In this document: in pieces, positions 9,531-19,847 of the stretch
Layout of the letters: each line of letters starts with the position of its first letter
How positions within the stretch are numbered: the first letter of the stretch is position 1
Source of the DNA: a virus
Lineage: Duplodnaviria; Caudoviricetes
Length of the DNA stretch: 59,708 nucleotides
IMG/VR virus record: IMGVR_UViG_3300008262_000463
Coordinates: 1-59,708 of that record
Reading direction: 5' to 3' (one strand)
Notes under the pieces: model-generated
The model's database searches: none
The model's input: only the letters and a program-made list of their open reading frames with translations
What the model was told of the DNA's origin: nothing
Program-made: the position numbers and the translations under genes

Positions 9531-10288
9531 AATTTTGTCAAATCCAAATCTTTTGCATGAACCAATTTTGCTTTACGGTTTAGATAAAAATGTTTTTCGA
9601 ATATTTTATTAATATCTTTACCATTGTCCCATTGGATGTTATCACCAACACGATATTCTGGTTTCCAATCTTCTGCTTTCCATACCACTAGGCATTCTTT
9701 GTTTAATAAGTCGGCAATCATACCAATACCAGTAAAATTGGTGATGAAAGGTTTTGGTGAAGTCTTAATGATGTAACAGTTAGTTAGGAGATCATTATTG
9801 TAGTCTAGGAACTTGCAATTATTCAGATTCGACAACACACCAGTCTCTCTACGATCATCGATTCCTGGATGATTCCAACGATCACCAACATAAATGGCAT
9901 TCATATCAACTGGTACATCAGATTGTGGAAACTTTAACTCAAAATCATCATCCACTTCGAACTCAAATTGGTAGTGATCTTTTAACCAATTCTCATATCG
10001 GCAAGTTTCAATCGGTCTGTTTGGATCTTCTTTATCTTCTCTTGTCCATGAACTGAGTTGAAAAACTGGTGCCAGTACTCCACCATATTTTATGGCTTCA
10101 TCATCGAAACAAACAATTTCAAAAAGGTCTTGGTATTTTAGAAATTCTAACATACCTTTAAACTTTTTCATTTCATTTCTAATTACGAAATTGACCTTTC
10201 CATGTTTTTTTACATAACCTGACACAACAGGCAAACATTGAACAAAGTCACCTAAATTTGCAGTACAATTATGATATAGTGTTATCAT
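9527..10288 (-). CDS. Glycosyltransferase-like protein (GT9-like, weak)
   Basis: NLGDFVQCLP and FITNFTGIGMIAD motifs; likely start MITLY at 10288. Confidence 0.45.
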   Translation of the reverse strand: MITLYHNCTANLGDFVQCLPVVSGYVKKHGKVNFVIRNEMKKFKGMLEFLKYQDLFEIVCFDDEAIKYGGVLAPVFQLSSWTREDKEDPNRPIETCRYENWLKDHYQFEFEVDDDFELKFPQSDVPVDMNAIYVGDRWNHPGIDDRRETGVLSNLNNCKFLDYNNDLLTNCYIIKTSPKPFITNFTGIGMIADLLNKECLVVWKAEDWKPEYRVGDNIQWDNGKDINKIFEKHFYLNRKAKLVHAKDLDLTKL

Positions 10289-11069
10289 GATATTCCTTAA
10301 ATGCAACAAACCAATCTTGATTCGATACTTTGTGTAATTCGAATATATCTGGATTAGACAAGTATGACATCAACAATAAAGTTTGATCATCATCAATTAA
10401 ATTGTTTTCCAATAATTTCATTGTATGTGTATAAACAAGATGTTCAAGTTTGTACCACATATCACGACCACCAACAATACATGGGCCTGTTACGTGTACA
10501 TCATTGTTTGCAATAACATCTTGTATTAAAGTACCTTCCACCCAATCTTTGATATTAAAAAAATGCATTTTATCTTTTGCAAAGGGATAAGACCATTTTT
10601 TAACACCGTTGAGTGTAGATTCATCACGGCAATAACCAAAATCTAACCAAGCAATCAAGTCAGTCTTTAAATGATTTAATGATTGATTTACAAAAGTTGA
10701 TTTTAGTAAATTGACCAGAACGTAGTCAGCCGACCAATATTCTGGATTTCGCACTTGCATGGGATTTATTTTGCTCAAGTATTCTTCACTCTTTTGTACC
10801 TTAGTAATATCTGATCTAAGTTGTGTGAAGTTCTTTTCAAAGTCAACAATAACGACTTCTGTGGGACGTTCTGCTCGATACAGTTTAACATCCTTGACAA
10901 ATTGTTTTGATGTGTACACAACCATTGGATTTTCTAGTTGTGCCATGTGTCGAAAACGATGTAGGTAAGTATCGTTTGTTCGGTGTAGATAGTGTGGCAG
11001 GCCTTTGTCTGGAGTCCAGTCACCACGGCCAATATCAAAGAAAGCAGTTACAATTCCAATTTCATTCAT
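10269..11069 (-). CDS. HtrL/YibB (WlaTC) family glycosyltransferase-like protein
   Basis: IVTAFFDIGR, AWLDFGY and IDDDQ motifs; likely start MNEIG. Confidence 0.75.
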   Translation of the reverse strand: MNEIGIVTAFFDIGRGDWTPDKGLPHYLHRTNDTYLHRFRHMAQLENPMVVYTSKQFVKDVKLYRAERPTEVVIVDFEKNFTQLRSDITKVQKSEEYLSKINPMQVRNPEYWSADYVLVNLLKSTFVNQSLNHLKTDLIAWLDFGYCRDESTLNGVKKWSYPFAKDKMHFFNIKDWVEGTLIQDVIANNDVHVTGPCIVGGRDMWYKLEHLVYTHTMKLLENNLIDDDQTLLLMSYLSNPDIFELHKVSNQDWFVAFKEYHDNTIS

Positions 11070-11802
11070 AATAATATTTCTTATAGTTATTAATGATCTG
11101 TGTATCTCTTGGCATTTCACTCATAAACTTTTCATAATCAAAACCTGTGTGGTGATTATGTGTATCCACTAAAAATGGATTCTTTGTATACTGTTTGCCA
11201 CACAGTAGATAATACACCACCATAAAACAATCTATCCAACCTATTGTGGGATAATATCTTTGTATTTCTTCCGTATTTTTAGAAAACCAATCTGTAACAC
11301 GGTCATAGTTGTTTATGAAAGTATCAATCTTATATATTGAACCTCCTCCACCACCGTAACACTTTGATCCTTCTTCTACTTTAACACCAGAAAAATCTTC
11401 TATCATTTTCAATACTTCTAGATGGATAAAATTGCCACCTTCTATGTCATGGCAGGCCATTTCCCATGTATCTTCAACAATAACTTTATTGTTCAGCCAA
11501 ACATCATCTTCTAACATCATCATGTGTGTTGCAGATGATCGTTTACTCGCATCATAAAATCTTTCCAGAAACTTTAAAACTTTATCTGTTTGATAACCAT
11601 ATGGTTGTTGTGGGCCACCAAGTTTCTCAATATAATATCGATAATCTGTTTTGTATGATTCTGCAAGATATGAAAAATTTTGTGTTGCATCCACACAAAG
11701 AAAATAATATTCGTCCGGATGATATTTGCGAGTATTCTCTACAACTTTTTCTGTTGCAGTTTTATAAATTGAAGCGCAATGAAAAAATGATATATTAGAC
11801 AC
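11062..11802 (-). CDS. Glycosyltransferase-like protein (GT-A fold)
   Basis: MLEDDV DxD-type motif; GGGGGSIY. Confidence 0.55.
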   Translation of the reverse strand: MSNISFFHCASIYKTATEKVVENTRKYHPDEYYFLCVDATQNFSYLAESYKTDYRYYIEKLGGPQQPYGYQTDKVLKFLERFYDASKRSSATHMMMLEDDVWLNNKVIVEDTWEMACHDIEGGNFIHLEVLKMIEDFSGVKVEEGSKCYGGGGGSIYKIDTFINNYDRVTDWFSKNTEEIQRYYPTIGWIDCFMVVYYLLCGKQYTKNPFLVDTHNHHTGFDYEKFMSEMPRDTQIINNYKKYYYE

Positions 11803-11809
11803 GTTGTAG

Positions 11810-12667
11810 TTATGTCCTTATCACAATCAAATCTTCTAATTTATATTTCTTCATTACATTTTGTTTCCATTCGGGAACTCTATCGTACTGATGTACAATA
11901 TAAAATTCTTCGCCGTCAGCATTATAAACTTTTCCGTCTTTATATACAGGTTCTTTTTCGGTTAGATTAGGTCTAAATTGTTCGATCTTATTTGGATCTA
12001 CAACAGTTCCAGCTTGACAAGCCCATGCATCTGACATTTGTGCCAGGTATGTAATGTCTTTAAAGGGTTGTTTACCAATCAACACATTGAATACAGCTTG
12101 ATCTACAATTGGAATAGGACGATTTACTGCATTTGTGAAGATATGAAATACCAAATCTTTGATATATTCGGATCGACCACCTAATACACCAACATTGTAA
12201 ATTACATTATCTTTGTATTCATCATACACATATGGTCCATAAGTCTGCATTAAGTTTTCATTACCCCATGGTTCATCTTTATATTTCAGACATTCCGAAC
12301 CACAAACTAATCCATATGAAAGTACATCTTCATCAAAATTCTTTTCTAACCACTCAAATGGATTCCTTTGAAAGTAAACATCTTTAACATCTGTTGTGAC
12401 AGCATAACGATATTCTTGCCAATGCAATTTTAAATATTCATAGATGAAAAGAAAACGAAGAACATGGATTGGAATATTTGTATCATTTGGCATCTGAATC
12501 AACCTAAATTTTCTTTCTAGTAATTCTTTTTTGGTTTCATCTGATGCATTGCCAACAACCAAAACTTTATCTCCGGTGAATCCACATTCATCGATAGATT
12601 CTACCCAAGGTTTTAATTGATTGTAGTTGTAGTTGGTGAATCCACCAATTATGAGGTCTTTCGCCAT
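11810..12667 (-). CDS. Glycosyltransferase-like protein (GT-A fold)
   Basis: TDVKDVYFQRNPF, DQAVFN and IVHQYDR motifs. Confidence 0.65.
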   Translation of the reverse strand: MAKDLIIGGFTNYNYNQLKPWVESIDECGFTGDKVLVVGNASDETKKELLERKFRLIQMPNDTNIPIHVLRFLFIYEYLKLHWQEYRYAVTTDVKDVYFQRNPFEWLEKNFDEDVLSYGLVCGSECLKYKDEPWGNENLMQTYGPYVYDEYKDNVIYNVGVLGGRSEYIKDLVFHIFTNAVNRPIPIVDQAVFNVLIGKQPFKDITYLAQMSDAWACQAGTVVDPNKIEQFRPNLTEKEPVYKDGKVYNADGEEFYIVHQYDRVPEWKQNVMKKYKLEDLIVIRT

Positions 12668-13359
12668 GGGTACTCTCCATTATATTTTTTTCGCATTACT
12701 TCATTTCCGTTATCAAAGAATTCTTTATTGACTGAACCGGGCCCACCGTCAACACGATAGTTTGCTGTGTATAGTCCCGTGCAGTCCCATTTTTGAAAGT
12801 GTTGTGATATTGCAGACAAGAAAACACGGTCTTGTCCCCAACCACCATGCCATACAGAAGCCAATCTTATCGCAACTTCAGTCTTTAGGCAATATGTATT
12901 GGTGTCAATATGATTTACTCCATGATATGTTTTCCATTTACCGAGAGATTCACAATCATCATTACATAGATATTCACCAGATTTACTGTATACTTTTCTA
13001 AGTGAATAACACCAATCTAGATTATTCTTTCGAATTGTATCGACACAAGTTTTAACATGGTTTTCATCATACCAATTATCTTGATCTAGATACATAACAT
13101 AATCAGTATCTATAAGATGAGTAAAAGCCGCATAAACACGATGGCCATAAAAACCATTGGCACCGACATTTATCGGAATATTACACAATTTGATATTTTC
13201 TTTTGAGTATTGTTTTACGATTTCATCCGTTGCTTGATAGAATTTTGGTCCATCAGCAACAACATAACAAGTGGTGAGGTATGTTTGATTTAATACGGAT
13301 TCAATGGCACATTTCAACTCTGGAGAACCAGTAGTTGGTATAATCACAGTAGCAGACAT
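12649..13359 (-). CDS. GT2 family glycosyltransferase
   Basis: VIIPT, AIESVLNQTY, VVADG and YLDQDN motifs. Confidence 0.85.
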   Translation of the reverse strand: MSATVIIPTTGSPELKCAIESVLNQTYLTTCYVVADGPKFYQATDEIVKQYSKENIKLCNIPINVGANGFYGHRVYAAFTHLIDTDYVMYLDQDNWYDENHVKTCVDTIRKNNLDWCYSLRKVYSKSGEYLCNDDCESLGKWKTYHGVNHIDTNTYCLKTEVAIRLASVWHGGWGQDRVFLSAISQHFQKWDCTGLYTANYRVDGGPGSVNKEFFDNGNEVMRKKYNGEYPWRKTS

Positions 13360-13361
13360 AA

Positions 13362-13640
13362 TCAAGTCCTAGTAAGTTTCAATATTCTTTCTATTTGTTT
13401 TTCAATAACTGGTTTACGGTTTGGCCAATAGATATATTCTTTGTCGCCTGTAGTATGTAGTTTAGTTAAAAATGGGATAATGATCTTTTCAACTTGTTCC
13501 AATCTCTCTCTGAATTCTTCTACCGTGTCAGCTTTTTCTGAAATAACTTTATTATATTCTTCTTCGCTGACGGCAGAAAATCCGAAATCATCATCCATTT
13601 CATACTGTTTCGCTAACTTATCAAAATCTATGAGTGCCAT
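13362..13640 (-). CDS. Conserved hypothetical protein
   Basis: DDFGFS...YIYWPNR motif seen in T4-like phages. Confidence 0.65.
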   Translation of the reverse strand: MALIDFDKLAKQYEMDDDFGFSAVSEEEYNKVISEKADTVEEFRERLEQVEKIIIPFLTKLHTTGDKEYIYWPNRKPVIEKQIERILKLTRT

Positions 13641-13648
13641 AATTATTC

Positions 13649-14938
13649 CTATTTTGCAATAATAAATTTACCAGAATCTTCTGTTCTAGATGTTATGTAT
13701 TTAAATAATTCCTGTATCAATCTATCTGATGGTGAAACATAATCTTGTGCATTTGAAATGTTTCTTTTATTTTTTTCCAACCATTCTATGAGTGTAGGAA
13801 AAACTTCATTTGTAACCAACATAGCACTCAAAGCACCACGCTCTTCATCAAATTCTGCTCTAGCCATTTTTTTAGCTTCTGGTTTTTTCAATCTTTTATC
13901 TTTTTCTTCCCATTCTTTTCGTAATTTTTCGGCTTGAACTTTATATTTTTCATTGACTTTTTTATAATCATTAAAAAGTTTTGTTGCTAATTGTTTATCG
14001 ATATATGAAACAATATCACAAAATATATTCCATGAACCAATAGAACCACCTCTTGCTTCCATGTCTCTACTTTCTAATTCGGCTTTCATGGTTGCCCTAG
14101 ATGCATCATGCCTAATCTTAATCATTTCACGATCAGATTTTGAAAATTTTATTTGTAAGTCTCTAGTTTGTGGTTGTTTTAAAGTATATTTTTTCCATGG
14201 TTGTTTTAATCCATGATATTGATATTTTAATATGGCTGTTTGTTCTTCTACTTTATCAAAGTTCACCTTTTTGATTGTTACAGTATTTGTTTGTTTCTTT
14301 AATGATATTGGTAATAGATCACCTGATGTTATAAGTTCACTAATCATGTTATTCATAATATCAAAACCATAGCTTTTACCACGACCAGTTACATATAAAT
14401 CTACATTTTCTTTTATTCGTTTTGTTGCTTTGTCTGTAGCAAAATATATGTCAGCTGGTGACCATTTGTTTACATCACCAAAAGCTGGAGCTGGTTTGTT
14501 TTTATTCGCTATCTTAAAAAGTGCTTCAATGTTTTTCATAACCACCTTATCACCACGGTAGTACCAAACATCACTAACATTAGGTTTCTTTGCAAATCCT
14601 GAGGAGATAGTTGTTATGTCCTCTACTAATTTTTTACCAATCAATGCTGAAGAAATATACCATGTTTTTTCTGTCATTAAGAAGCCTTCTATATCACCAT
14701 AAGGTATCTTCTGAGCACCAGTTGAAGCTTCAGTAAATTTATCATAGATAGACTGCAATGAATCATTCTTTGCCTTGAAAACACTTTTCCATTTTCTATC
14801 GAATTTAGAAAAATCATCCAATTCTTTATTTTTAGGATCTAAGAATTCACCTAGACTTTTTCCTTTGATTTGCAAATAATCTGCAATCGCACAAAAGAAG
14901 GCTTGTGATGATTCAGCTAGTGAGGTGGTATCGGCCAT
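13649..14938 (-). CDS. Hypothetical protein, possible PD-(D/E)xK nuclease
   Basis: KWSPADI...ISLKK spacing; GATAAATA late-like promoter at 14956-14963. Confidence 0.5.
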   Translation of the reverse strand: MADTTSLAESSQAFFCAIADYLQIKGKSLGEFLDPKNKELDDFSKFDRKWKSVFKAKNDSLQSIYDKFTEASTGAQKIPYGDIEGFLMTEKTWYISSALIGKKLVEDITTISSGFAKKPNVSDVWYYRGDKVVMKNIEALFKIANKNKPAPAFGDVNKWSPADIYFATDKATKRIKENVDLYVTGRGKSYGFDIMNNMISELITSGDLLPISLKKQTNTVTIKKVNFDKVEEQTAILKYQYHGLKQPWKKYTLKQPQTRDLQIKFSKSDREMIKIRHDASRATMKAELESRDMEARGGSIGSWNIFCDIVSYIDKQLATKLFNDYKKVNEKYKVQAEKLRKEWEEKDKRLKKPEAKKMARAEFDEERGALSAMLVTNEVFPTLIEWLEKNKRNISNAQDYVSPSDRLIQELFKYITSRTEDSGKFIIAK

Positions 14939-14958
14939 TTTAAGTTAAATAAAAATAT

Positions 14959-15830
14959 TTATCTGATTATTTGTATGTCTTTTCCAGAGGTCCAGATTTC
15001 AAGTTCTTTTCTTAGACGACCATCAGACTGTAGATTCTCATAACGATTTGTTGCTTTCTTCTTCCACCAGTCTATGATATTTGACAACTCAAACTTATCA
15101 TAGTTTTCATCTGGTATCAACTTGTCTGTTTTGCAGTTCACATAGTCAATGAAGTTCTTAAAACCATAGTTGGAATAATAGTATCTCTTTTGTTCGGTCA
15201 AGTTCTTTGCGTTACTAATTATCTGTTCGAATTTTTCTAGTTCAGGACTATCTTTTAACGCAGATTTGGTTAATGATATTATTTTCATACTGATCTTCAG
15301 TTTTCTACTTGAAATGTTCAACAAATGGCAGCCAATAACTTGCCACCAAGATAATTATACCCAAATGGTTGTGATGGTACAATAACGAAACCCATAATTG
15401 CAGATTGATTGAATCGTTTGGACCAGTCAGGATTCTGCGTAAAAACTTGTCCAAGAAGATCATTACGAGGCTTACAGTTGATGACTGGTGAACCCAATCG
15501 AATGAACCCCACATACTTTCCGGTGTTCTTCTCTTTGATACCAACTCTGATCTGTTTACCTACTGGTTGAATGTTCACATGGGAACTGGTAATTGACAAA
15601 AGTGTTTCCCATGTTTCATTTGGTGTTTCCTCAATAATAAAATCCATGTCTGCTGGTGCCATGGAGAAGTCTGAGAATAGATCATCTTCTGGTGGAAATA
15701 ATGATGTGGGAATTTCTGATAATGCATTTAACTTTTGATCACGCATATATTCATCAATGCGACCAAAGTTACCAAAATAATCCTCAAAGACCTTTGCACA
15801 ATGCAAAGCATCATCGACACTCAATTTCAT
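14959..15830 (-). pseudogene. DUF4338/Mom-like GNAT protein, interrupted at ~15320 (two ORFs: 15318-15830 and 14959-15324)
   Basis: IVPSQPFGYNYLGGKLLAAIC matches IVPLQPLGFNYMGGKLLALLC in 34471-35730. The following TTSLYG..SQYDG segment is missing and the frame shifts. Confidence 0.7.
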
Positions 15831-17218
15831 ACTTTGAATCCCTCAAAGCTTTTCTTTTCAGCATTACCAAAAGTGTTCAATGGTTTGTCGTTACCTTTGT
15901 GACCAGAATCTACAATATTACTTTGTGCTGATTGTTCAATATCATATAACTTCATTTTGGCTCTATCAATTCCAACTGTGAATCTCTTGTGAAAAGTTGG
16001 ATCATTATATCGATTCTTCAATTGTTTCACCATGATTTGACCAAGTTGGTCTAAATCTTCTGATGAAATCAAAGCAAACATTAAGTCTGCTGTCGCAGGT
16101 AAGCCAAACGACTCTGAAGTATCTTCCAGTCCCGGATCACTTGATGTATACCCGCTTCTAGTGGTTTGGGTCGCACTAACAATAGGTACATTGAATTCCA
16201 CAGCCAGTCCCCGTAGCTCTTCAGCAATTGCTTTGACGTAGGTGTACGAGTTAATAGAAGCGCCAGGTTTAATCCTAGCAGAACAGCAAATGTTAAGATA
16301 ATCAACAAAAATAATATCGGGAACAAAAGAACGCTTAAGATTAAGTTCATTTAATAAAGTTCTAAAGTGAATTACTGAAGCTGATGCGGTTGGATATTCT
16401 TTGATAATTAATTTGCCCGTTGTTTTATCACGGACACGATTGACCTTCTTATCGTATATATCTTTCGGCAATTCTTGAAGATCACCAATATCAACATTCA
16501 AAAGATTTGCATCAATACGTTCTGCAATCTTTTCTTCGGACATTTCTAACGTGAGGTAAAGAACATTTTTACCTTGAACCATACAGCCAGCGGCAACATG
16601 GCACATAAAAAGAGACTTGCCAACACCAGTGCCAGCAAGGGCGATATTAAGAGTTTTATTTGGAAGGCCACCTTTTGTAATCTTGTTAAAATAGTCCAAG
16701 TCAAAGGGTATTCTTTCTTCTTTTCTGTGATAGAATTCAAATCGTTCATCAGAGTTCTCCAAATAGTCATGGCCAACAGAGTTATCGAAACTTACAGATA
16801 GAGCGTCCGATAATATCTTGGGAATCTGACCTTTGTCGTGTTGTTTGTCTTTCCCGTCAAGAATAGAAATCGACCCAAGTACTGCGTTGTATATTGCTTT
16901 CTCTTGACAGAACTTTTCGGTTTTATCAACAAGCCATTGAATTTCGGAACTTGTTTCTTTATTAGATCCAATTTCTTGGAGATAAGTTTCGCACTTCTGT
17001 AATTCATCATCTGTAATATTAGTCTTTTCTTTGATGGTAATACTAAGTGCTTCAATTGTTGGCGCTTTATTATAAGTTTGCGTGAATGATGTAATTTCAT
17101 TGTAAACTAACTTCTCAACATTTGTAGAAAAATATTCTCTCTTTAAAAATGGTAATACTTTTCTGAGATAGTCCTCATTATAGATTAGGGTCTTTAATAT
17201 CGTCTGTTCCAGTTTCAT
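15827..17218 (-). CDS. gp41: Replicative DnaB-like helicase
   Basis: AGTGVGKS Walker A; SESFGLPATAD; QLKNRY. Confidence 0.95.
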   Translation of the reverse strand: MKLEQTILKTLIYNEDYLRKVLPFLKREYFSTNVEKLVYNEITSFTQTYNKAPTIEALSITIKEKTNITDDELQKCETYLQEIGSNKETSSEIQWLVDKTEKFCQEKAIYNAVLGSISILDGKDKQHDKGQIPKILSDALSVSFDNSVGHDYLENSDERFEFYHRKEERIPFDLDYFNKITKGGLPNKTLNIALAGTGVGKSLFMCHVAAGCMVQGKNVLYLTLEMSEEKIAERIDANLLNVDIGDLQELPKDIYDKKVNRVRDKTTGKLIIKEYPTASASVIHFRTLLNELNLKRSFVPDIIFVDYLNICCSARIKPGASINSYTYVKAIAEELRGLAVEFNVPIVSATQTTRSGYTSSDPGLEDTSESFGLPATADLMFALISSEDLDQLGQIMVKQLKNRYNDPTFHKRFTVGIDRAKMKLYDIEQSAQSNIVDSGHKGNDKPLNTFGNAEKKSFEGFKV

Positions 17219-17540
17219 TAATATTTTCCTCTGCTTTCAATGCTACCAAATGTACTAAAAAATCACCCGCATATTGAATAAATTCTGGATCTTTTTGTAA
17301 TTTTTTTGGCTTTGTGTTCTCTGATTTTATCACATCGAAAGCAAATTGTAAATGGCCGGCATCTTCTTTTTCTTCAAATTTTATTTTGCCATATTTGATT
17401 GTGGTACCAGTATACTTACCCTTTAAAAATTCAATATGAACCGCTTGTGCATCATTTTCTGGTACATGAAATTGATAATCTATTCCTAATACCATTGCAT
17501 TTGCATAATCACTAACGTTCAGTTCTGTCTCGCTGCTCAT
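17178..17540 (-). CDS. Possible gp40-like protein
   Basis: Position between uvsX and 41 as in T4; acidic beta-rich sequence; start uncertain. Confidence 0.45.
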   Translation of the reverse strand: MSSETELNVSDYANAMVLGIDYQFHVPENDAQAVHIEFLKGKYTGTTIKYGKIKFEEKEDAGHLQFAFDVIKSENTKPKKLQKDPEFIQYAGDFLVHLVALKAEENINETGTDDIKDPNL

Positions 17541-17772
17541 TTCTTTTCTCCTGTATTGTCTTTTCACCCCAAATTTTTCTTGGATTTCCACACAAAGAAC
17601 AATCGGAATTTCCACAATCAGCCCAATGTTTTTTGGCGAATCGATGTATACTGTCTACAATTACACCATATGCTTTGGCAATTTTAGATTGTTTCTTTGC
17701 GTGTGTTTGTGTCTTTAATCTTCTTTTTGAATGTCTTAATTTTGAATAATCATCACTCATCATCTGATCCAT
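17512..17772 (-). CDS. Small basic hypothetical protein with CxxxxCxxC
   Basis: DCGNSDCSLCGNPRK. Confidence 0.55.
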   Translation of the reverse strand: MDQMMSDDYSKLRHSKRRLKTQTHAKKQSKIAKAYGVIVDSIHRFAKKHWADCGNSDCSLCGNPRKIWGEKTIQEKRNEQRDRTER

Positions 17773-18835
17773 TTATTGTTTCAACTTCAAAGGTTTCTTG
17801 TACATCTTCATCTTTGATAATATCTGTTGCAGCAACACGATATTTGTTTTCAACAAATTCACGAAACTTTTTATCTTTCAATATTGACATCCAAAAGTCT
17901 TTGCTGTCAACATCTTTGATTCTATATTTTTTATCTTCGATTTCACCAGTCTTTACATCAACCTTACTGTACCAACCGTTGGATGGTTTAATAACGTGAC
18001 CAGATTCGAGTGCAATATCAAGTAGACCAGACCAACGGCTAATGCCACCATCAAAAGATACAGTAACAGGAATCTTTGATTTTTCTTTAACATAACGAGA
18101 TTTTTCAACATTGATAATAAAGTTGTAACCGACAATTTCTGTTCCTTCCTTTTCTTGTTGTCGACCAATAATAAAAATATTATCGGCTGAATAATAAGAA
18201 CCGGTGCCACCACCAACAATATCTTTAGGGAACATTCCAATTTCTTTGTAGGTATGATTGACTACAATCATTGGAATATCTTTCAATGATAGGTGTGGTG
18301 TGACCATTCTAAACAAACTTTTAACTTGTTTTGCTCTTGACATATCTGCAACAGATTTTTGTTCAAGTGCATCTTCAACTTCTTTCTTTGATGCCAAATT
18401 ACCGATAGAATCAACAACAATAATCAAACGATCACCACGTTCTAGGTTTGACAATTGATTCATTATGTCAAACTTTAATTGTTCTATATCGGTAATAGGA
18501 GTGTGCAGAACACGATCAGTATCAATACCAAAGCTGTCAAAGTAGGATTGAGGAGTACCAAACTCTGAATCATAGAATAAAAGCGCTGCATCATTATATT
18601 TCTCCAAATAAGATTTCGCCATCAATAACGAAAATGCGGTCTTGAAATGTTTTGATGGACCTGCCCACATTGTAAGACCTGGTGTTAAACCACCATCCAA
18701 TTTACCACTAAGTGCCACATTAACAATTGGCACAGAAGTGGGAATCATATCTTTCTCAGTAAAGAATTTTGATTTCGATAGAATAGCAGATTCTTTGATG
18801 CTACTATTCTTTTTAATTTTATCAAGTATTCCCAT
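17753..18835 (-). CDS. uvsX: RecA-like recombinase
   Basis: GPSKHFKT, YDSEFG and VDSIGNLAS motifs. Confidence 0.95.
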   Translation of the reverse strand: MGILDKIKKNSSIKESAILSKSKFFTEKDMIPTSVPIVNVALSGKLDGGLTPGLTMWAGPSKHFKTAFSLLMAKSYLEKYNDAALLFYDSEFGTPQSYFDSFGIDTDRVLHTPITDIEQLKFDIMNQLSNLERGDRLIIVVDSIGNLASKKEVEDALEQKSVADMSRAKQVKSLFRMVTPHLSLKDIPMIVVNHTYKEIGMFPKDIVGGGTGSYYSADNIFIIGRQQEKEGTEIVGYNFIINVEKSRYVKEKSKIPVTVSFDGGISRWSGLLDIALESGHVIKPSNGWYSKVDVKTGEIEDKKYRIKDVDSKDFWMSILKDKKFREFVENKYRVAATDIIKDEDVQETFEVETINGSDDE

Positions 18836-18845
18836 AATTTACCTT

Positions 18846-19847
18846 TCAATCAAATCCATCTTTTCGGTTTCGTTTTTCTTTAAATGCATATTCAGCATCA
18901 TAATCATACTTAGGTTCTAACTTCTTAACAGGTTCTTCTGTATATACACCAGGAGAAATGTGTGTTGTTTTCACTTCTTGTGGTGCAATGTAATCACCTG
19001 GTCTTTCCATTGGCATATCATCTTGTTTACCTATTGGTGGTATTGTGATACCAGAAACAGGATCAATCTCTATATCGGCTAAATTGTTTTTCTCAATCTC
19101 AACTATATTTTCTTTTTTTGGTTCTGGTACAAAAACTGGTATTTCAATATCATTTTTTTCTGGTATGGTTTTTTCTTTAATCGGTTTCGATTGATTCATT
19201 GACATATTCGCAGCAATTAATAATAACACAGCCAGCGGGTCAAATACAACCATAATTAACATGATTACCAAACGAACTGCCTTATCTATGGCATTGGCAT
19301 CATCTGTACCATATACCAAATCACCAATATATTTTATTGGACCAACTTCGGCAAGTAATTTAGTTTCTTCTTGTAATAATGGCAATCTTCTTCTATTGAT
19401 TTCAGCCAATTCTTTTTGTGAATCCTGAATCTGTCTATCTATTCTTGCTGATGCAGTTTCGGGATCACCGGCACGTTTCAATAGATATTCTAATCTCTCT
19501 TTTACAATTTTCTCTTGTTGATTGAGTGTCCTTATTTCAACAGAATTTGCACCTGCCGTTAAAGTAGAATCAATGTGTGCTTTAGATAAGAAACCAAAAA
19601 TACCCATGCTGGTGATTATCATAAGAATGACCACAGCAGATGTCAGGTATGCTTTAAGAAGTCTTGGACATATGATCCAATTTCTATACAACCAAGATGC
19701 AGTAACTAGTTTACTAGCTTCTAACACCGATCCCATAATAACAATAGGCCAAAATGCACCTGTAAAGATGGCAGCTAGACCAATAATTGAATAGTATGCA
19801 GCAATTACAGAAAGAGCAATTGCGGTTGCAAATGTTAAAAGAATCAT
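18846..19847 (-). CDS. Multi-pass membrane protein with coiled coil
   Basis: Three N-terminal TM segments, TSMGIFGFLSKAH, VGPIKY, VFDPLAVLLLIA. Confidence 0.7.
   Translation of the reverse strand: MILLTFATAIALSVIAAYYSIIGLAAIFTGAFWPIVIMGSVLEASKLVTASWLYRNWIICPRLLKAYLTSAVVILMIITSMGIFGFLSKAHIDSTLTAGANSVEIRTLNQQEKIVKERLEYLLKRAGDPETASARIDRQIQDSQKELAEINRRRLPLLQEETKLLAEVGPIKYIGDLVYGTDDANAIDKAVRLVIMLIMVVFDPLAVLLLIAANMSMNQSKPIKEKTIPEKNDIEIPVFVPEPKKENIVEIEKNNLADIEIDPVSGITIPPIGKQDDMPMERPGDYIAPQEVKTTHISPGVYTEEPVKKLEPKYDYDAEYAFKEKRNRKDGFD

Noticed and set aside
14959-15830. Programmed frameshift or TGA readthrough / alternative genetic code
   Set aside because: Conserved sequence is missing rather than shifted, and all other core genes translate intact in the standard code.
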